16,004 nt of DNA, taken from positions 1 to 16,004 of the forward strand of contig JBHGNT010000766.1 of NCBI GenBank assembly GCA_043228905.1. The letters are read 5' to 3'. This document shows positions 10,312 to 16,004 of this stretch, one piece after another. The position numbers were made by a program, and so were the translations under genes. Under the pieces are notes generated by a model that ran no database searches, was not told the origin of the DNA, and worked only from the letters and a program-made list of their open reading frames with translations. The stretch's first letter is position 1. Every line of letters begins with the position of its first letter. Source of the stretch: Azolla caroliniana. Lineage: Eukaryota > Plantae > Polypodiophyta.

Positions 10312-10530
10312 CAGGTCTAGTAGATAAAATTCTCTTATATTTTTTGGTTGCAAGTAGATTAAAGTAAAACATATTTAAACTTCAAATAAACATCTAAAAT
10401 TTTATAGAAGATACAGGGGTTCAAAGTCAATAATAATACGAATTAAAAAGTTGAGTGTAGAACCCCTACCAAAATTGCTATTTTTAAAATATTAGTTTCT
10501 AGTAGATCAAATTTGCTTATATTTTAGGCT
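10312..10530 (+). repeat. Diverged about 1.2-unit relic of satellite array 1
   Basis: gtaaaacatatttaaacttcaaataaacatctaaaattttatagaagatacaggggttcaaagtca matches the array-1 monomer in the same orientation. Confidence 0.9.
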
Positions 10531-12040
10531 TTTTTACCATTTAAATAATTAAAAGTCTGACTTAGTCTGAAGAAGTAACTATATTGACGAAACAGGTGAA
10601 AATTTAATATTTTTTGATATTCATACTAGGGTAGTTTTAGTTTTATGACAACATTTAAGAATTTTACCTGAGATATCAACGTTTAAAAAATTCAAAATTT
10701 TAGTTAAAATTTTTTTGGAATTTAAAATTAAATAGTTTACTATTTAAATTATTAAAAGTCTGACTTAGTCTGAAGAAGTAACTATATTAGCGAAACAGGT
10801 AAAAATATAAATTTGTTTTAATATTCATACAGTTTTAGTTTCAAGCCAAAATTTAAAATTTTTACCTGAGATATCAACGTTTAAAAAATTCAAAATTTCG
10901 GTTTCAATTTTTTTGGAATTTAAAATTGAATAGTTTACCATTAAAATTATTAATAGTCCGACTAAGTCTGAAGAAGTAATGGTATTAACGAAACAGGTAA
11001 AAATCTAAATTCATTTTTTGATATTCATGCGTGAATAGTTTTAGTTTCAAGCCAAAATTTAAGAATTTTATCTGAGAGATACACGTTTAAAAAATTCTAA
11101 ATTTTAGTTCAATTTTTTTGAAATTCAAAATTAAATAGTTTACCATTTAAATTATTAATACCCTGACTTAGTCTGAAGAAGTAACTATATTAACGAAACA
11201 GGTGAAAATATAATTATTTTTTGATATTCATACAGTTTTAGTTTCAAGCCAAAATTTATAAATTTTACCTGAGATATAGACGTTTAAAAAATTCAAAATT
11301 TCGGTTTCAATTTTTTAGAATTTAAAATTGAATAGTTTACCATATTATTAAAAATCTGACTTAGTCTGAAGAAGTAATTGTGTTAACGAAACAGGTAAAA
11401 ATCTAAATTCATTTTTTATATATTCATGCGTGTTTACTTTTAGTTTCAAGCCAAAATTTAAGAATTTTACCTGAGATATGAACGTTTAAAAAATTCAAAA
11501 TTTTAGTTAAATTTTTTTTTAATTCAAAATTAAAATAGTTTAATTATTGAAAGTCTGACTTAGTCTGAAGAAGTAATTGTGTTAACGAAACAGGTAAAAG
11601 TCTAAATTCATTTTTTATATATTCATGCGTGGGTAGTTTTAGTTTCAGACCAAAATTTAAGAATTTTGTGCAAAATTGAATAATCTACCATTTAAATTAT
11701 CCAAAGCCTAACTTAGTCTGAAGAAGTAACTATATTAACGAAACAGGTGAAAATATAAATATTTTTTGATATTCATACTCAGAAAGTTTTAGTTTCAAGC
11801 CAAAATTTAAGAATTTTACCTGAGATATGAACGTTTAAAAAATTCAAAATTTTAGTTCAATTTTTTTGGAATTCAAAATTAAAATAGTTTAATTATTAAA
11901 CATTTGACTTAGTCTGAAGAAGTAATTGTGTTAACGAAACAGGTAAAAATCTAAATTCATTTTTTATATATTCATGCGTGGGTAGTTTTAGTTTTATGTC
12001 AAAATCTAAGAATTCGACTTCAGATGTTCAAAAATCCAAC
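10531..12040 (+). repeat. Satellite array 3, about 198 bp diverged monomer, 8 copies, each with a hammerhead-like CTGAAGAAG...CGAAAC motif
   Basis: ctgaagaagt at 10567, 10770, 10968, 11173, 11366, 11565, 11718 and 11914. Periods are 193-205 bp, with one 153 bp deleted unit. Confidence 0.92.
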
Positions 12041-12524
12041 AGCTCACCCTACAAATTACAAGTTTTACTTACCAACTAATTTTTAAAAAAAATATCACAG
12101 TCACTTTAATCACCACGAATCAACACATTCAGTTTACAAATCACTCGGAATCGAAGTAAGTCGGTTTAATTATCGCAACCGGACAGCTTTAAACGAAAGG
12201 AAAATGTTAGCTTGCACGAGCAGAAAGAAATCCTGCTGAGGCCAAGTTGAATCAAGTAAGGTTCGCGCCTGATAAAATTATTTTACTTTTATAAGTTGCT
12301 GCGTCCCCACCTGCGGCCATTCAAGGTTCTGATGCTAGAGCGAATATTTTTTTTATTTATTTATTTTTTGAGCCGTTTTACTTCCCTAGAACGGGGGTTT
12401 CGTTCGGGAAAAACAGCAATATTTTGATGCTTTTGTGGTGGCCTTAAGTCGCACATATTATAGTATATAGAGGCTTAATTTGAATTAATAAAACGCAAAA
12501 GAATAACAAGTCTTTTATTAAAAA

Positions 12525-12563
12525 TGTGACATGTTTGGTTAACACAATATCTTCTTCAGACTG
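12525..12563 (-). ncRNA. Degenerate hammerhead-like motif related to array 3, inverted
   Basis: The minus strand reads gtCTGAAGAagatattgtgttaacCAAAcatgTCac: palindromic acatgt stem III and GTC triplet, but GAAA is changed to CAAA. It is followed by aataaa. Confidence 0.5.
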
Positions 12564-15150
12564 AAGAAGATACTGACTGAAAAAATTACTGTTGTAATAA
12601 TCTAACTAATCTGTGTAATAATCTAACAACATCCTTTAAGGACTAAAAACAGATGTGTATAAAAAAGGAATCAGAAATCTACAAATAAGAGTTAGTGGGT
12701 TTAGTCCTGGTAAAGAGGACATATTGACACAATATCTTCTTTGGACTAAAAAAACTACTGTTGTAATAATCTAACTAATCTGTGTAATAATCTAACATCC
12801 TTTAAGGACTAAAAACAGATGTGTATAAAAAAGGAATCAGAAATCTACAAATAAGAGTTAGTGGGTTTAGTCCTGGTAAAGAGGACTTGTGTTAACTATA
12901 TCTGTATTAAATATATTAACACATATCTTCTTTAGACTAAAAAAACTACTGTTGTAATAATCTAACCAATCTGTGTAATAATCTAACATCCTTTAAGGAC
13001 TAAAAACAGTTGTGTATAAAAAAAGAATCAGAAATCTACAAATAAGAGTTAGTGGGTTTAGTCCTGGTAAAGAGGACTTGTGTTAACTATATCTGTATTA
13101 AATATATTGACACAATTTCTTCTTTAGACTAAAAAAATTTCTGTTGTAATAATCTAACCAATCTGTGTAATAATCTAACATCCTTTAAGGACTTAAAACA
13201 GTTGTGTATAAAAAAGGAATCAAAAATCTACCAATAAGAGTTTGTAGGTTTAGTCCTGGTAAAGAGGACTTGTGTTAACTATATCTGTATTAAATATATT
13301 AACACATATCTTCTTTAGACTAAAAAAACTACTGTTGTAATAATCTAACTAATCTGTGTAATAATCTAACATCATTTAAGGACTAAAAACAGTTGTGTAT
13401 AAAAAAAGAATCAGAAATCTACAAATAAGAGTTAGTGGGTTTAGTCCTGGTAAAGAGGACTTGTGTTAACTATATCTGTATTAAATATATTAACACATAT
13501 CTTCTTTAGACTAAAAAAACTACTGTTGTAATAATCTAACCAATCTGTGTAATAATCTAACATCCTTTAAGGACTAAAAACAGTTGTGTATAAAAAAAGA
13601 ATCAGAAATCTACAAATAAGAGTTAGTGGGTTTAGTCCTGGTAAAGAGAACTTGTGTTAACTATATCTGTATTAAATATATTAACACATATCTTCTTTAG
13701 ACTAAAAAAAACTACTGTTGTAATAATCTAACTAATCTGTGTAATAATCTAACATTCTTTAAGGACTAAAAACAGTTGTGTATAAAAAAGGAATCAGAAA
13801 TCTACCAATAAGAGTTTGTAGGTTTAGTCCTGGTAAAGAGGACTTGTGTTAACTATATCTGTATTAAATATATTAACACAATATCTTCTTTGGACTAAAA
13901 AAACTACTGTTGTAATAATCTAACTAATCTGTGTAATAATCTAACATCCTTTAAGGACTAAAAACAGTTGTGTATAAAAAAAGAATCAGAAATCTACAAA
14001 TAAGAGTTAGTGGGTTTAGTCCTGGTAAAGAGGACTTGTGTTAACTATATCTGTATTAAATATATTGACACAATTTCTTCTTTAGACTAAAAAAATTTCT
14101 GTTGTAATAATCTAACTAATCTGTGTAATAATCTAACATTCTTTAAGGACTAAAAACAGTTGTGTATAAAAAAGGAATCAGAAATCTACAAAGAAGAGTT
14201 GGTAGGTTTAGTCCTGGTAAAGAGGACTTGTGTTAACTATATCTGTATTAAATATATTGACACATATCTTCTTTAGACTAAAAAAACTACTGTTGTAATA
14301 ATCTAACTAATCTGTATAATAATCTAACATCATTTAGGGACTAAAAACAGTTGTGTATAAAAAAGGAATCAGAAATCTACAAAGAAGAGTTGGTAGGTTT
14401 AGTCCTGGTAAAGAGGACTTGTGTTAACTATATCTGTATTAAATATATTAACACATATCTTCTTTAGACTAAAAAAACTACTGTTGTAATAATCTAACTA
14501 ATCTGTGTAATAATCTAACATCCTTTAAGGACTAAAAACAGTTGTGTATAAAAAAAGAATCAGAAATCTACAAATAAGAGTTAGTGGGTTTAGTCCTGGT
14601 AAAGAGGACTTGTGTTAACTATATCTGTATTAAATATATTGACACAATTTCTTCTTTAGACTAAAAAAATTTCTGTTGTAATAATCTAACTAATCTGTGT
14701 AATAATCTAACATTCTTTAAGGACTAAAAACAGTTGTGTATAAAAAAGGAATCAGAAATCTACAAAGAAGAGTTGGTAGGTTTAGTCCTGGTAAAGAGGA
14801 CTTGTGTTAACTATATCTGTATTAAATATATTAACACATATCTTCTTTAGACTAAAAAAACTACTGTTGTAATAATCTAACTAATCTGTATAATAATCTA
14901 ACATCATTTAGGGACTAAAAACAGTTGTGTATAAAAAAGGAATCAGAAATCTACAAAGAAGAGTTGGTAGGTTTAGTCCTGGTAAAGAGGACTTGTGTTA
15001 ACTATATCTGTATTAAATATATTGACACAATTTCTTCTTTAGACTAAAAAAATTACTGTTGTAATAATCTAACTAATCTGTGTAATAATCTAACATCCTT
15101 TAAGGACTAAAAACAGTTGTGTATAAAAAAGGAATCTGAAATCTACAAAA
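12540..15150. repeat. Satellite array 4, 191-192 bp monomer, about 14 copies, with an internal foldback and a 3-unit higher-order repeat
   Basis: gttgtaataatc at 12591, 12760, 12951, 13143, 13334, 13525, 13717, 13909, 14101, 14292, 14483, 14675, 14866 and 15058. Confidence 0.97.
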
Positions 15151-15155
15151 TATAG

Positions 15156-15513
15156 TTGTAGATACCAAAAAGGATTAAAAACAAGAAAGGATTCTTAAAT
15201 TATAAACCCCCATCAAAAGAATTTTATAAACTATATTGAATCGCAGAGGTGGCCCCCATGAACGGGCACTTTAATTAATAAAAAATATATTTAAGTACAG
15301 TTATTATAGTCCTGTTTTACATTGAAAGGTCCTTACGTTATAAATAGATGTATCGTTTTAATAAGAAGAAGTATAGAAATGCTTATTATAACGAGTACTT
15401 TAATACTAACGTTTATTCTTCAAAAATATTATACAAAATACATCCTTCCAAGACTAAAAACAATTGTAGATACAAAAAAAGGACTAAAAACAATAAAGGA
15501 CTCTTAAATTACA
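15156..15513 (+). repeat. Degenerate direct repeats related to array 4
   Basis: ttgtagatac(c/a)aaaaagga(t/c)taaaaacaa.aaagga.tcttaaatta occurs at about 15156 and 15464. 15440-15483 resembles the array-4 segment acatcctttaaggactaaaaacagttgtgtata. Confidence 0.7.
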
Positions 15514-15867
15514 GAATGAATAGACACTTTTAATATTTTAAATTGAATATTTGTCATTTGGATTTAAAATTATGTAATTATGTAAAGTTACGTAACCCCA
15601 TTTGCACTCCAGAATATGTGAATGATTAAAAAATTGTGTGAAAACCCAAAAGGATGTTTCATATATGTAATTAAATTTTTTTTTGAATTTAAGGAGCTAC
15701 AAAAAAATATTTCTCTTTTGAATTGGCTAGTTGGTGAAAAATTTTGAGTTAGAATTTATTTTTTTAAATTTTATTTACCCAAGAATAATACAAAATAATA
15801 TTTTGGTGTTTAATAATAAAAGCGGAGAGGGGTGCAAAAGCACCTACAGATCCTGGGCATGAGCCCT

Positions 15868-16004
15868 TTGTTCCCTCTTAGGCATTGCCGCGATAGTCAT
15901 TCCCCATTTACTGGTGCCGTGAGAAAAGTTCGCAGATTGTTCCCTCTTAGGCATTGCCGCGATAGTCATTCCCCATTTACTGGTGCCGTGAGAAAAGTTC
16001 GCAG
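15868..16004. repeat. Exact 69 bp tandem duplication running to the window end
   Basis: ttgttccctcttaggcattgccgcgatagtcattccccatttactggtgccgtgagaaaagttcgcaga at 15868 and again at 15937. Confidence 0.93.

Noticed and set aside
15322-15533. Two overlapping 61 aa ORFs
   Set aside because: Short, AT-driven low-complexity translations overlapping satellite relics.
15830-15845. Histone mRNA 3' stem-loop (minus strand ggtgcttttgcacc)
   Set aside because: It lacks the 6 bp stem and 4 nt loop geometry, and no histone ORF is adjacent.

Overview
AT-rich, repeat-dominated eukaryotic DNA, most likely insect or other arthropod (inferred from composition and transposon type). There is no recognisable intact host gene. 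It holds four tandem arrays: about 182 bp units (1-1606), 253/229 bp units (2728-7900), about 198 bp units (10531-12040) and 191-192 bp units (12540-15150). It also holds one full-length but broken Tc1/mariner DD41D (rosa/Visitor-type) DNA transposon (8681-9986) and a 69 bp GC-richer duplication at the right edge. The main signal is that the 253 bp satellite carries a minimal type I hammerhead ribozyme (CTGATGA-stem II-GAAA-CCGG-TC) in each of its 21 units. This is the architecture of a non-LTR retrozyme or Penelope-derived ribozyme array. Each unit also has Pol III A/B-box-like motifs (the B-box overlaps the ribozyme core) and a CTCF-like TAGATGGCGC motif. Solo copies of that unit lie in inverted orientation upstream. 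A second, variant hammerhead-like motif (CTGAAGAAG...CGAAAC) recurs in array 3, and its inverted remnants form the foldback in array 4. All analysis was by eye; no searches or folding were run.
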